A stretch of 57,785 nt of DNA, the filler included, from Bipalium vagum (taxonomy: Eukaryota), in the NCBI GenBank assembly GCA_037834085.1. It is 3 parts of 3 records of this genome, joined end to end, with 100 filler letters (N's around TTAATTAATTAA, not from the genome) between each part and the next. Parts side by side here need not be neighbours in the genome. Positions count along the whole stretch, not along the records: positions 19,573 to 37,640 come from JBBMKC010041830.1; positions 37,741 to 57,785 come from JBBMKC010261643.1; 1 more part is not named here. One strand, given 5' to 3'. Each line of letters starts with the position of its first letter. Position 1 is the first letter of the stretch. Made by a program: the position numbers and the translations under genes. Shown here one piece after another: positions 25,831 through 38,676 of the stretch. The notes below the pieces were generated by a model. That model had not been told where the DNA came from and made no database searches. It was given only the letters and a program-made list of their open reading frames with translations.

Positions 25831-28799
25831 AAGATTAGATAGGATAATATGTGAGAAGTCCGATATCATTTCTTTTTAATTTCCTTACTAACGTCATTTT
25901 TATTATTCTTTTTACATTAGTTAATTATTAATTAACCTTTCATTATTATTATTATATTTTTTTAACCTACTAAAGTTTTGATTTTATTTTATTATTAATA
26001 TTATCTTATGTTTTTTCAATCTTATTTTACTAACCTAATCAGCCAATTTTAGTCATGCCAATTTCAAATAAATAATCAATTGTAAGTGAATTATTATTTT
26101 CACGAGAATAAATAATTAAATTTATAAAGAACGAGAACATAATTTCACGTTTCTATTATTGCTTAAATTAATAATTCTTTCAGTTTCTTCTTTTTGTTTT
26201 TGTTTCCGCCATGTATGATCTGATAAATTAGTTGTCAGATTCCCCTGTGACAGTTTAACAGAAAATAATCCAATAATATTAAGAAAAAATAATAATATAT
26301 ACCTTAGAGAAATTAGTAAAAAAAACAAATAAATTTCAAGCATGTTTATATTCAAATGCATGGGAAGCTTTTGAAAGCAATATTTCCGAAAAAGAATATT
26401 TAGGAATAAACGGTTTATAAATTTGGACAAAATTGGGATGGGTAAAATTAAATTACAAACCAAATAAAAACATTTATAGAGTAACAATTAAAATGGGATA
26501 TATAGGGGTTATATATTTTTTAAATATCAATAGAATTTGTTTTCTGTATGTAATCTGTTTAAAATAAATATAGTTTTATTAAAACACTTTAATAAAAAAA
26601 ACATTTTAACAGAAAATGTAACTCCAATCCTTAACAAAGAATTTTTAAAAGTAGAATATATTTCTAATTTATGCTAAAGATGAAAAAATATATTTAAGAA
26701 ATGAAGCAATTAGGAAAGAAGGAATTAATATTATTAATATTACGAAATTATTCTAAAAAATTAACTAGAAGATATGAAACACTATCAAAAGGGAAAATCA
26801 AATTATATTAAAAATATTGTAAAAAAATATATTAATTAAAAAATATAGAGAAAAAGGTTATCAACTTTATACACCAAAATATTTATTTGACCAATTTGTA
26901 ACTTAGAGAAAATATTTGAAAGTTAGGCATTGTAATGTTGATCATTTCCATTAAAAAATTTAAATAAATCAATAAAACAAAAAAAAATTAAGCATAAAGA
27001 TTATAATTAAACTTTGTATTGAAAAAAGTTCTGATTCAGATAAAATTTCTTCTTAACTTTTATTTTTAAAAAAAAACTTGTAAAAATGGAAGCATCTTTA
27101 CGAAATACAATATATATCAAATCTTTTATCTGAGAAATTTTCAACATCACTTATTGTAAAAAGTAAAACTCAGATATAATATTTAAGTTTGAAAACCACT
27201 AATTCTTAATCCAAATGTAAATTAAGAATTAGCTTTAGAGTAATTTATTATCAACTCAAAATATTATTGATTATAATGATTAGATTGTTTTCTTTTACAC
27301 GGTAAATTCCTTTCTTTTATTTCTTCCTTACTTATTTCTATTAATGCAATCTTCTTTGGTAACCCATATTCTTTGATCGTGGCATCTGGGTTTTCTAAAT
27401 GCACCATTTCATTTTCGTTACAGGGCACTTTAAATTGACAGTCGAGTCTTATTATTTAACATTCCATCTCTCCTACTTGTCCTACTCTTTCAGCTAAATC
27501 TCTGTTACTTTTACTGGTCTGAGTTCTCTCTCTGTCTACAAAGAATTGTTCATTCAATTATATACCCATAATAAATGGAAATTTTGGAAATAAAATTGTT
27601 TTTTGACTGAGGTAATATTTCGTTTCTAAAAACATTCTAAATAAATTAGAATTGTTTATTTTCCTTAGTAAAAAATGAAGATCAGAAAATAAAAATTAAA
27701 TACTTTAAGGAAGAAGGATTATATTTTAAAATGGTTCAATGTATTTTAAAACGTCCTGATACAATAAAAAAATTCTGGCTCAAAACCATTCGTTTTGAGT
27801 AAGATTCAGAATAGGTAAATAAGATAAAAGCCTATAACGCACTTCTAACATAAGTGTTCATCTGACATCGTGTGAAATTCAAAATTCCACAATATCATTT
27901 GTGAAGAAAAGGTTAAATTTAATAAAAAGGAAGAAAATCAATGGTCCTATCATGTGAAAGTTCAGAAGATTACATGATAATTAAAATTTAAAATTAAATT
28001 AAAAAATTAAGAAAACATTAAATAATTTGTTCATATTTTCGTTGTTTTAAAATTCCACGAGTAATTGGTTATTCCAAAAAAGGTAATCAATTTTATTGAA
28101 AATTTATTATGATAATCAATAATTTAAGGTTTTAATCAGAAACTTTCACCGGACCTCGTTTGTTCTTTTTTTGGTTTGCTTGATCACAGAAATGAATTGT
28201 TAATCCTGCTACCGGTCGTAATTATAATCTCCACTACCTGGATTAGTAAGACTTTGGTTTTTGTCTGTATATTTTATGCTTTACTCAATCCGCTCTTTCG
28301 ATTGATTTATATATTTTACTCTGCCATCTTATGTTCATATGCGCTTCATTGGTTCCAGAAGTCATTGGAAATTAATTCAATTTTAAAATGTGTGCTCCTA
28401 TTTTAGTTATATTTATTATTTTTTTAAATCTTACACGTGGTCTTTCGATTTGTTCGAATTTTATGTAAAAATCAATAATTATCTAGTCTTCAAATTTTTT
28501 GAACATTTTACATTTTTCTTTAAAAATTATAAAAGGAATAAGACAAGTGTTAAACTTAAATCTTTAATCTATTTTTTTGAAACAATCAAGAATAAAACTA
28601 AAAAGTAGTCGACAAGATATTAACTTTAATTTAACGATTCTTTGATAAATGATGCAAAATTTTTGGTTGGACTTCTTGGAAATAAATATATTAAAATAAT
28701 ATAATAATAACGACTACCAATACATATATCTAATTATTCCCTTATTCTTAAGAATATGTTCTTAATCATTCACTATTTAAACCTAAGTTTTTTTCGTGT

Positions 28800-29080
28800 A
28801 GCAACACGGGGAACCATTCTAAAACACCCATATAAAAGTCGTTAAAACAATTTGCTTATTTCGAGGTGTGTTTTGGATCGTTATCCTACTGAAATATTGT
28901 GGATATCTTTTTTATTCCATAATTATTTTATAGTTTTCATCTTGCTAAATAATTTGACAGTTAATGTTGCGTCTATTTCTTCATCTATTTTGGTTAAATA
29001 TCCAGCTCTGTGAGATGTTAAGTATTAATACATCACCATAGAACCTCTTCATAGTCAGTTCTATTGGTCAAAATTTCGGC
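28800..29080 (-). mobile_element. Tc1 transposase fragment
   Basis: AGYLTKID...IFQ*DNDPKHTSK...GVLEWFP. Confidence 0.65.
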
Positions 29081-29099
29081 GGATATTTATGATCATGTT

Positions 29100-30420
29100 A
29101 ACATGACACTACAACAATCAACAAATAAATCTTACCATACATAATATCATCACCTAAATTTGACACAACATAATATCATCAATTAACCTTGACACTACAA
29201 AAAGAAATCAACTAATTTTGACCTAAATGATTAAAATTAACTAACAAAAATGAAATCATGTTTTGGACGAATTAAATCTGACAACCCCTAACCCAGTGAA
29301 TTAAATCTGAAAACCCTGATTTAATTTCACAGCACTGAAAAATTAATATTTCATAAAATGAATGAAAAATCAATTAAATCAAAGATTTATTAAATTTTAA
29401 CAATAACAATATTTCATCAAACAATTCTAAGAACTCAAATCTTTTCTTTTGTCTTCATCTATTTTTTATTTTTTTTTTCTTTTCAACTTGTTATTGTGCC
29501 TTTCTACATTTTGCGTATGGACGCCAGTTTCTGGATCAACAAATTTGTAATTATGCACAACCGTATTATGTTTGTACTCAGAATCTTTTTGACTCAAGAC
29601 GGGCTTCATTTGTATAAATTGTTGATCCAAACTAAACCAACTTTTCTGTAATAGGCAAAATTGTGACACTTCTTTTATAGGATATAATTTCGGTATTATC
29701 ATCTTGCTGGTTGAAAAGAACTGTCAACAATGGTTAAAACCCAAGTGAACGCAATTGGTGTTCTTCCTCTGTGAGTTTTGATCCAGAAATCCAAGAAAAT
29801 GTTCTTATAGTTATTGTTGTATACAGATATTGTTGTCGCATCTTCATATATAACCATCTGATGTCTCTTCAAAAAATTCAAGATTGTTGAAAACTGCTAA
29901 TTTATCCAAAGACTAATTTATCTTTAACTATTTATAATCTCTTATACATTATACCCAAATTTAATCTCATAACCTCTTCACACAACTGGCGTTGTCAGAA
30001 AAAATTCGTTTCATGTTTTACAAAATTTATAGTATCATAAGTAGAGTTTTACTAAATGTATCTTCTATACAGAGTCCAAGCATGTGAATTCTGTTTTTTT
30101 TGTAGTTATCCTTTTTGTAACTATCGACGCCTTTCATCATTTTGAGCCACAGGTTTATTTGGTTGTGAAAACTTTCCACGAGCTACGTATGTACACCAGT
30201 GTCTGTAGCTGTGAAGTGATACTTGTGCGTTACCGATTTATTTACATAATCTAAGTTAATTTTAACATTAGACCTGTGTTCGTCAGTATATATTATTGAA
30301 CCGGGTCGAACGGCATTTCTATTACTTGGTAACATTTATAAATTATAAAATACCTCAATCTTATAGAAATAGGAGCTGAAATCGATACTTAAGATTTCAT
30401 TTGCGAATTCATTTTTTCAT
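29100..30420 (-). mobile_element. Merlin (IS1016/ISXO2-like) transposon remnants with subterminal short repeats
   Basis: HRGRTP...WVLTIVD; YKHNTVVHNYKFVDPETGVHTQNVERHN; a second piece VRPGSIIYTDEHRS...SVTHKY. Repeated TGACAC(T/A)ACA and GAATTAAATCTGA motifs at 29100-29330. Confidence 0.75.
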
Positions 30421-30499
30421 TAGACCACAGAAATATTGATTTTTTGATTTGCCTTATTTTGAAAATTGATAACAATGAGCCCGAACGAATACTTATGGT

Positions 30500-31060
30500 A
30501 TTTTTCTGTGCATTTGGTATTTTTACTTACAGATATGTCGGTTTGTGTTTTTTGTCATATCTGATTGATTTTCTGTCACAGTTCAAGTTATTTTACATGC
30601 ATTAAAATAATATTGCAGTAATACTTTACTAATTATCGGGACCATCTAAGGAAAACCGCTTTTCGTCAACAAAAGCAGTATTTTCCCATACAATATTTGT
30701 GGATATCCATTATGATACTTTAAAAATTCTGACAGCTTTATGTTTAGTGGATAATATGAAACTTTGTGCTTCCTATTGGCAATGGAAATCATGTCTCTGC
30801 AACCATCGGGAAACTTTTCTTGTGGAGACTGTTAAATTATTATTTCTAAGAATGGTGTTGGCATTCACCTTTCTTTTTCTTTTACTTTCACGTTTTCTTT
30901 TGATATATGTCGCCGTAAGATTGTTGAATTTCTTTTATTTACTTTGAATTTGGGACCTTGTTTCTTTTTGTGCCAAACATTTTGATAATTAAATTTTGAA
31001 TGACAGACTTCGTTAATTCTAAAATCTTTCAAAATTCTGTACATATCTTGCCATATTTTC
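30500..31060 (-). mobile_element. Tc1/Tc3-like transposase remnant
   Basis: WENTAFVDEKRFSLDGPDN (first catalytic D motif) at about 30630-30690. Confidence 0.6.
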
Positions 31061-31687
31061 TTAATTCAATTTCCGTTCTCTTAATTTCTTTAGAATAAAT
31101 CTATATAAAGTTATAATTTTTAAATTTAATTGTCAAAACTATTTACGGTATAAATAATTATGTGCAAAACCTTTGTCAATTCGCCAGAGACTATTGCAAA
31201 GGAAGATCTTTCAAAGACAACTCTCTTAAAATCGTCATCATCAGCACTACTAAAAATAAAGTCAATACATGATCAAAACAAAATGAACCGTCGTGTGTTT
31301 CATTGAGGCAGTCCGAAATGGGTACTGTCTGCGGATCCTCATTCCTCAGAATCGTCGGAAACTCAGTAACTCGAAACCATAGGCAGACTACAGGCGCCGA
31401 GGAATTTTCACGGTCGACCCCACATTCTATCTCCTTTGTGCAAGACAAAACTGAGAAGAGCAGTTGTAATAGATTTATTCATGACGGTTTGCATTTCCAC
31501 GTTTCTGCATAGACGTTAATAATGATAGATTTTGAAACGCCCATGTCTTCGTGAGCTGACGTCTGTTATATGCACAGGGTCTATAAATTTAATAAATGGA
31601 CACATTTATTTAGAGGCGTAATGGAAATAATTAAATTAATTAATGACTTTTGTTAATGAGAACAGGACCCAAATTATTTTTTTTTGA

Positions 31688-31757
31688 AATATATTTTTGT
31701 ATTATGGATTTTCTTCTCGATAATACTAAACAGATTAACATGGCAGCCACACCAGGA
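31688..31757 (+). repeat. LTR 3' end plus primer-binding-site-like junction (copy 1)
   Basis: About 70-bp direct repeat of 32780-32849; ...ATTAACA|TGGCAGCCACACCAGG. Confidence 0.5.
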
Positions 31758-31870
31758 CACCAACCAGTGGACGAGGTCTCGAAAGTAAACTAAGCAAAGG
31801 AAATGAAAGGAAATTGAGGTTAGACACTCGTGGCGGTTGAGGGTATGGATGTGAGCTTTAAAGGGATGGA

Positions 31871-31960
31871 TTGTAAATTAGTCAGGGATGTAGCTCATGG
31901 TCAGGGCAGGCCATATGCATCTGAAAGTCCCGGTATCTCCGATTTATTTTCAGCTAACAA
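31871..31960 (+). mobile_element. tRNA-Ala-derived short element, copy A (T-arm deleted)
   Basis: AGGGATGTAGCTCATGGTCAGGGC...TATGCAT...TCCCGGTATCTCC, with flanks ttgtaaattagtc / gatttattttcagctaacaa shared with 48096-48199. Confidence 0.7.
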
Positions 31961-32289
31961 GAGGAATTTTGAATTTCTTGAATATCGTCATTGAAATTAT
32001 TATTATAAAGAGCAGACTGTTTGCTCTTAAAAACTGAATTGAATCGGATGAAACACCCAGCACTGAAAGACGTTGAATAAATCCAGATATCAGTTTATCG
32101 GCCTTCTGTTCGCTTCTTATTCTTTCCAATTGAGGAGTAATATTCTGAACGGCACTGATGTATTTTTTTGACTTTTCAATCTTGGCTTGTTCATGCTTTG
32201 TTTGGCATTGCGAGCATACTACATGGGAAATTCTGTATAGACCATTAGCGTTAAAATGATCTTGGCATTTTCTGTACCTCAATTCAAAA

Positions 32290-32760
32290 TTATATTCTGA
32301 TACATTGGCTAGTCAAGTTTGAAATTGTGGACTAATTGGGTTCTTCGTGGTGTTCATAAAAACCGTTTATGATCAATTCTCACAATGAACTGTTTTCAAT
32401 ATAGATACTGCTTGAAAAGAAGAACGAATTCAAAGATTGATAACAGCTCTTTTCTGGTGACACAATATCCCAATTCATGGGTAGATAAGTGTCTAGAGGC
32501 ATAAGCAATAACTGTTTCACTTCTATCTTCCTTTAGCTGACTCAAAACAGATCCAATCGCTCCAAAGCTTGCATCTGTATCCAATATAAAAGCACGATCT
32601 CTGCGTGGAAAACCCAGAATTGGTGCTTGAGATTGTTTATCCTTCAGTGCTTGGAAACTATTCTGGCATTGTTCCGTCCAATATATCAGCGTATATGGGC
32701 GCTGCTACTTCAGCATAATGGGAAATAAGACATCGGTAATAGTTTGTCAAGCCAGGAAAT
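32290..32760 (-). mobile_element. Gypsy pol fragment (RT thumb, RNase H)
   Basis: FPGLTNYYR...WTEQCQNSFQALK...APILGFP...FILDTDASFGAIGSVLSQ...VIAYASRHL...YCVTRKELL...IDHK. Confidence 0.9.
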
Positions 32761-32779
32761 GATTAATAATAATTAAAAA

Positions 32780-32849
32780 TATATATTTTTATATTATGGA
32801 TTTTCTTCTAGATAATACTGAACAGATTAACATGGTGACTACACCAGGA
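32780..32849 (+). repeat. LTR 3' end plus primer-binding-site-like junction (copy 2)
   Basis: Direct repeat of 31688-31757; ...ATTAACA|TGGTGACTACACCAGG. Confidence 0.5.
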
Positions 32850-33059
32850 GACTAAGACGATAATAACTGAGCTAAATAATCTTGAATTGAGTACTGTTAC
32901 GTAATTGCCACTGTTATGTAATGCTTATATTGAGTAGAATTTGAATAGGGTATTGTGACACAATTCACACATTTTACTTATTTGTATTGATTACTCAGCT
33001 GAAAACATGGACTAGAATTCAATAACGATTCGACGAATTTGTTTCATCAATTTGGAGAT

Positions 33060-33225
33060 CCTTGCTTGCAAACCGTCAATGCCGAACTTTATTCGGTGCA
33101 ATTAGAACGTGTGTTTAAAGCTTTCAGGTCCCGTTATCTTTCAATCTTAAACGCGTAATTCTTCAACATGATAATGCAAGACCGCATACATCGAAGGCTA
33201 CTTGCAAAAATTGAAGACCTACAGT
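33060..33225 (+). mobile_element. mariner catalytic-domain fragment
   Basis: QTVNAELYSVQLERV...VILQHDNARPHTS. Confidence 0.75.
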
Positions 33226-33239
33226 TTGATCTTGATAAA

Positions 33240-33471
33240 GTTAATTTCTGCTTGTGCCTTCTATTACGACATTTACTTACAGTTTTCCCATGGTTTCTAG
33301 TGCACTGTAATTTTCACACCGTAATCTGTCTTCGCATTTTCTCATTCGAATATTACACAATCTTTTAGCTATATTACTACTCATAATATTAATTCCTTCC
33401 CCTGTATCTAAAAAAAATTCAAACCTAAACTCCTGTATCATTACTGTCTCATTCGGCCTCTCCTGCATCAC
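33240..33471 (-). mobile_element. retroviral-type aspartic protease fragment (Gypsy)
   Basis: FFLDTGEGINIMSSNIAKRL, on the same strand as and upstream of the RNase H fragment. Confidence 0.7.
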
Positions 33472-33479
33472 ATTGTAAG

Positions 33480-33730
33480 ATATTATAGAATTTTGATAAC
33501 GAGTTTTGGATAACTTATTAGCAGAACAGTCATATTTCTACAATGATTATTTTCTTTTCGTCTGTGCGTTTGATTTCACCAATAATCCAAGCTCCGTCTA
33601 CAGCATGACCACGATGATATTTTCTTTTACCCAGTTCCGCCTCATTAATTTTTACAATGATATTTTCACTTCCGATTAAGCCATCAAAGATTATTCGAAA
33701 TTATTTTTCGAAACTGTTTCATAAGCGAAC
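33480..33730 (-). mobile_element. Merlin/ISXO2-like transposase fragment
   Basis: IGSENIIVKINEAELGKRKYHRGHAVDGAWIIGEIKRT. Confidence 0.8.
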
Positions 33731-33779
33731 AGAGCTGCAGAAAGTGATTGTCATTATTAATAATGTTGGGGCTTTGAAA

Positions 33780-35260
33780 GTTGGTTTGTCTCCTCCAAAA
33801 GCTTTTGATAATCAAATTGATTTAGCTTGTCGGTAATAATCGCGATAGTTCATTTCCCTTGGTAATTAAAACTACCCCAAATCAACAAGGAACCTCCAGT
33901 GTCTATTCGAAAAAGATATCTTCCGCTAATCGTGCCAATAAATATGCGTCCATCCAAATTAAACTTCTCGTCACTCTAGATGACCTTTTCCCATAAGGTT
34001 ACCTACGACATTTTCTCTTTAGCCCAGCAGACACGATTGATTTTATGTTGTGGCTTCAAAGGGAGTTTTACCAACATCTTATATCGGGTCGTCCCAGCTT
34101 TATTTTAATTTTTTCTAATACTCTCTACGGACCAATTTAGATTGAATAGCGTTTTTATTTTCGCACAGGATATGCTTTGGTTGCTGGCATTACTAATAAT
34201 GGAACGCTTCCTTGCTGCGGAAATTTTCGCCTTAGGACCCCGTGTCTTCTTTTCTTTATTTTTATTCTTCAAAAAGTATCTTATACTACTTTCATTCTTC
34301 GGTTAATCTTGCAATTTTACTCATCTTTCTAGATACCGTAGATACTCGAATATAAGTCGACCTCGTGTATAAATCGAGGGAGAAAATGGAAAATTCTGTG
34401 AAAAATCGTATGACTCTTTATAAGTCGAGGTAAAAAGGGTAGTTTCCTCTTTCGTACATTTGGAAAATAACATAAAATAAATAGGAAAGAATGTCAATCT
34501 TTTGATACCTAATTGCAAAATATTCGTGATAATATTTATATTTTTATTTACAAATATGGCATAAGTAACATTCAAAACCACAAATTCGGAATCCGAGTCT
34601 GATTGAAGAAGTAACAATGACTGCTCATTAGTCACATGGTCTGAATAGAAGTCAGTTCCGTCCATCTTGTTTGATATCCCGGTCTTCTTAAGGTGTATGA
34701 GATGAGTTTTGAGTTCCAGGCTGTTTTGGTCCACCCAGTGACTGTCAAGAGTTCTGGTCGTTTCAGGTTTCCAAAAACGAAACAAAAATGATAACCAGTA
34801 TTGAATGATGAACACAACGTGATACATTGCATAAAAACAGTCATTACATTGGTTAAAACTGCTATATAAGTCGACCTCATTTTTTCATCAAATTTTATAT
34901 AAAAAAACATTCGATTTATATTCCAGTATCTACGGTATTTTTTTTATAAAATCTTAGTATTCGACAGACAGAAGTACTTACATTTAATATTAAATCTGCA
35001 AACGTTTAATTTATATAATTAGATTTAAATAATTTCACATTTATATTAGCGCGGCAATAATTAATTGAAATTAATTATCTGAAATATTATAACAAATCAG
35101 TTTTATTTTAAGTAAATAGTTGATTAGTTAGCCAAAAGTTATTTTAAAAAATCTTACAAATATTTCATGCGTAATACAATAATCAAAAAATTTATTTCAA
35201 TTTAAATTAGTTAAGATTTATTATATTTTCAAGGTGCGGCACTAATTGGTTGGAGCACTG
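33780..35260 (-). mobile_element. Tc3-like transposon (related to 15169-16491), interrupted by a pogo/Tc2 insertion
   Basis: TA|CAGTGCTCC terminus at 35260. NESSIRYFLKN, GPKAKISAARKRSII, LWEKVI*SDEKFNLD and GSLLIWGSF. Confidence 0.85.
34336..34935 (-). mobile_element. internally deleted pogo/Tc2-type DNA transposon (600 bp)
   Basis: TIRs CCGTAGATACTCGAATATAAGTCGA / TCGATTTATATTCCAGTATCTACGG flanked by TA. Retains the transposase tail KKTGISNKMDGTD...SDSDSEF. Confidence 0.85.
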
Positions 35261-37222
35261 TATAAGCAATCTCCAAATTCTTGTTATTAAATTAGTAATT
35301 TTATCTTACAAAATTATTATTTTTGCTATTTATGCATCCAAACTATTATTAATTATATTTTCTATTTTTGCCTACATTTTTAATTAGTATTTTTATTAAA
35401 AAATTATTATTTTACTAAATATTTTTGTCAAAAATTATTTACATTAAACATTTATAAATACAATAAACATGTATAAGCAATATTTAAGGAACATATAAAT
35501 AAATAAACTTAGTCTAACGAGACTTTTTCATAACGTGAGATTATTGTTAAAAGATGAACGTTTTTAATCTTCAGTTAAACCTCTTGGGCTCTCTTGTGTC
35601 TTCAAAATAATTGGCAGTTATATTAATTGTCTTGGAGGAGGTTTTAATGAGCTGAAATAACTGTAGATCTCCACATATTTCAAAAAATTTTTCAGAATTA
35701 ACTTTAAATTCCGAACTGAATTTGAGAAGAATCAGATTCTAAATTTTGTATGTAACCGGAGATATTATAGAAGTTGTTATAAAATAGAAATATTTATTTT
35801 TGAAATCCTATTCATGATTTTGATGTTGTCTAATAATAAAATTGTTAATATTTTTAATAAAAAAGATTGAAACAGAAATAAGAATATATAAAGCCAAAAT
35901 TCAGTTTAACTTCGAAACAAAAAAAAGAATGAGAATGAAATACTTTCTTTTTTAGCAAATTTTTCTTTATAATAATAATTTTTAGAAATAATTTCTTTAG
36001 ATCTTATAAAAATATTTGAATCCCTATTAAAATAAATTTCAGGTTTTTTGAATAGATTTTTGGTAATTATAGGACAAACGGATTCTAATGATAATATTGA
36101 ATAAATAAAAAAATCAAGAGTTCAGAGAAAGTTTACTTGGAATTATAACTTGATAAATAAAATTAAACCAAATTTAAGATATAATTATGCTGTTGAAGGT
36201 TATAGAAATTAGATTCAGTATATAATTCAAACATTTGATATTCTTATTTGAATTTTTAAAATTTAGGAACCTTATTACAGAAATCTTAAGAATAAGTTTA
36301 AATAAAATACAATTTTTCTCAAAAAATTATAGTTCCTTTATAAAATAAATTTACAGTTGTTAGTTGCAATATCAACAAAATCATTCATAGTTGAGAATTA
36401 TATTCTCGGATGCTTTTAAAACAATAATACTTAAACAAATTTTCCATTCCTAATAAATTAATATATTGTGCCATTAAAAACTATTTTAAAAGAAATATAT
36501 TTAAATAAATAATAAAATTAAATTTACAATTAATTAAAAATTTTAATTAGCACAATACAAAAATTAGAAATTATTTTAAGTACTCTCAACAATATTCGTT
36601 GCAGAGAAAAATGAATATCAAATAAATAAAATTATAAATATTGGAACTACAAAATCTATATCATATTTTTGGATGGTATAATAATTATAGAAATTATTTT
36701 GATTGATAAATTTCAATGAATTATAAAAAATTGTTAAACGAATCTCAGTTTAAAAATAGAAACAATTATAAACAGAAAAGAAAGGATATGAGTGCCGATT
36801 ACTTTAAATAAAATTTTAAACCATTTCTTTTTTTATTGAATGATCATTTAAAAAAAAAGGATTTTTGAATTGTGATTTTATAAATTGTGAAAACATGTTT
36901 GAGAGTTGAATTTGAATTTTAACTTTTTTATATTTTACAGAAAATAATCGAAAAATGCAATTGTTATTATTGTAAATATCATTGAAACAGATATTATTAT
37001 ATATTTATTTGATGAATTAAAACAAGCGTCAAAAGGTGGTACATCTACCGAAATAGATCCTTTTAGCTTCTCTCTGTAAATATTAAGGTTAAAGTATAAT
37101 TCAGATGCCTGATTTTTTCAGGGTCATCTTTTGTTTATTTAAATTAAATTATAAAATATTTTATAAATTTTATTTTAAATTACTTAATAAAATTGATTTA
37201 TTTTTATAATATTTTTTATATT

Positions 37223-37484
37223 CAGGAGGTTCCAGACCAAATATTATGATCTGAAAAAGATTAATTTGTGAATGAAATACGGTCCTCTTTAGGACAAAAT
37301 ATTATGATTGTTTTTGAAACGAGTTGACAAAACGGAATTTTGATGAAATTGTACGGAGCAGCAGTTAGCTCGAAACTAACAGGAGGTTTAGGACCAAATA
37401 TTATGGTCTGAAAAAGATTAATTTGAGAATGGAATACGGTCCTCTTTAGGACCAAATATTATGATTGTTTTTGAAACGAGTTGA
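37223..37484. repeat. tandem duplication, about 104-bp block repeated with 157-bp spacing
   Basis: caggaggt...gaccaaatattatg...gaaacgagttga at 37223 and 37380, each containing an internal ac(c/a)aaatattatg sub-repeat. Confidence 0.85.
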
Positions 37485-37640
37485 GGATTTTAAAGGTCGG
37501 AGCGTAAATGTCTTGTAGGTCTTAACGGTTGAAGTTTGCTGATGTGCGTGTTCGTCTTTAATTAAATTCACTAAGAAAACAAATTTTCAATTTAATACTT
37601 ATATTCAAATCGTTATCAAATTACAATGATTGAGACAATT

Positions 37641-37740
37641 NNNNNNNNNNNNNNNNNNNNNNNNNNNNNNNNNNNNNNNNNNNNTTAATTAATTAANNNN
37701 NNNNNNNNNNNNNNNNNNNNNNNNNNNNNNNNNNNNNNNN
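37641..37740. other. assembly gap with artificial TTAATTAATTAA linker
   Basis: 44 N + TTAATTAATTAA (37685-37696) + 44 N. Confidence 0.95.
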
Positions 37741-37814
37741 GATTACTAAAACATCTTATCTTAATAAATGACATTATCATTTATGAAAACGTCACTTTCA
37801 ACTTGTACACCTAA

Positions 37815-37879
<65 letters not shown>
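37815..37879. repeat. (ATT)n microsatellite adjoining a Mos1-like TIR
   Basis: Pure ATT run directly after ...cttgtacacctaa|ta. Confidence 0.9.
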
Positions 37880-37880
<1 letters not shown>

Positions 37881-38676
37881 AAACTTTCGATTGATTATTT
37901 TTTTCAGTCACAGTAATTTAAATTTTTAAAATTTTTAAAATATCATAATTATAAGAATAAGACTGGATTCCCGACTTATATTTTCGCTTATGATCTCGAT
38001 TGAAATAAGTTAAGTATCATTTCTTTCAATTGGTAGTGAGCAATGATTTATCTTTATTGAGAAAAAATATTTTAAATTCAAATTAAGTAAAACTGAGTCA
38101 AATACAAAAGGCCAAAAGGTTTGAAAACATTTTCAACATTTTTAGCCAATCACGTTCAAGAGATTTCATTAATTGGCATAAATAAACTTTTGGAATGGAT
38201 TCATTTGGCTTCTTCATAACCAGTAGATCTGATAATTTCATTTTCATGATCAGCTGTGATCCCTATGACGTGCGTAATAATAATTTCAAATTGTTAAAGA
38301 TCAGATTGCTGATCAAGTAGAAAATATTGAATATATCTCCATAAAAATCTGATAATTGATAATATCACAATGTGTTATTTATCAATTCCTACAGAGCTCT
38401 ATCGTATAGAAATCTTAATTTTAATTAATTTTTATCATAATATTCCCATCACAAGTTGCGTAGTAGAGATCGTAGCTATAGTAAATCATTGTTCCAAAAA
38501 TTTGGAATTAATTTGATCATGGCTTATGAAAACAATTGATGTTATCAAAAGAAAGGTGATCAGTAGAAGATTCCGAATGGAATGAACTTTGTAAACGATG
38601 ATAGTCCACTGAGAGGTGTTGGAAGGATTGAGGATTTTATTTCTTTTGAAATCGAACTAATCGAATATTAAAATTA

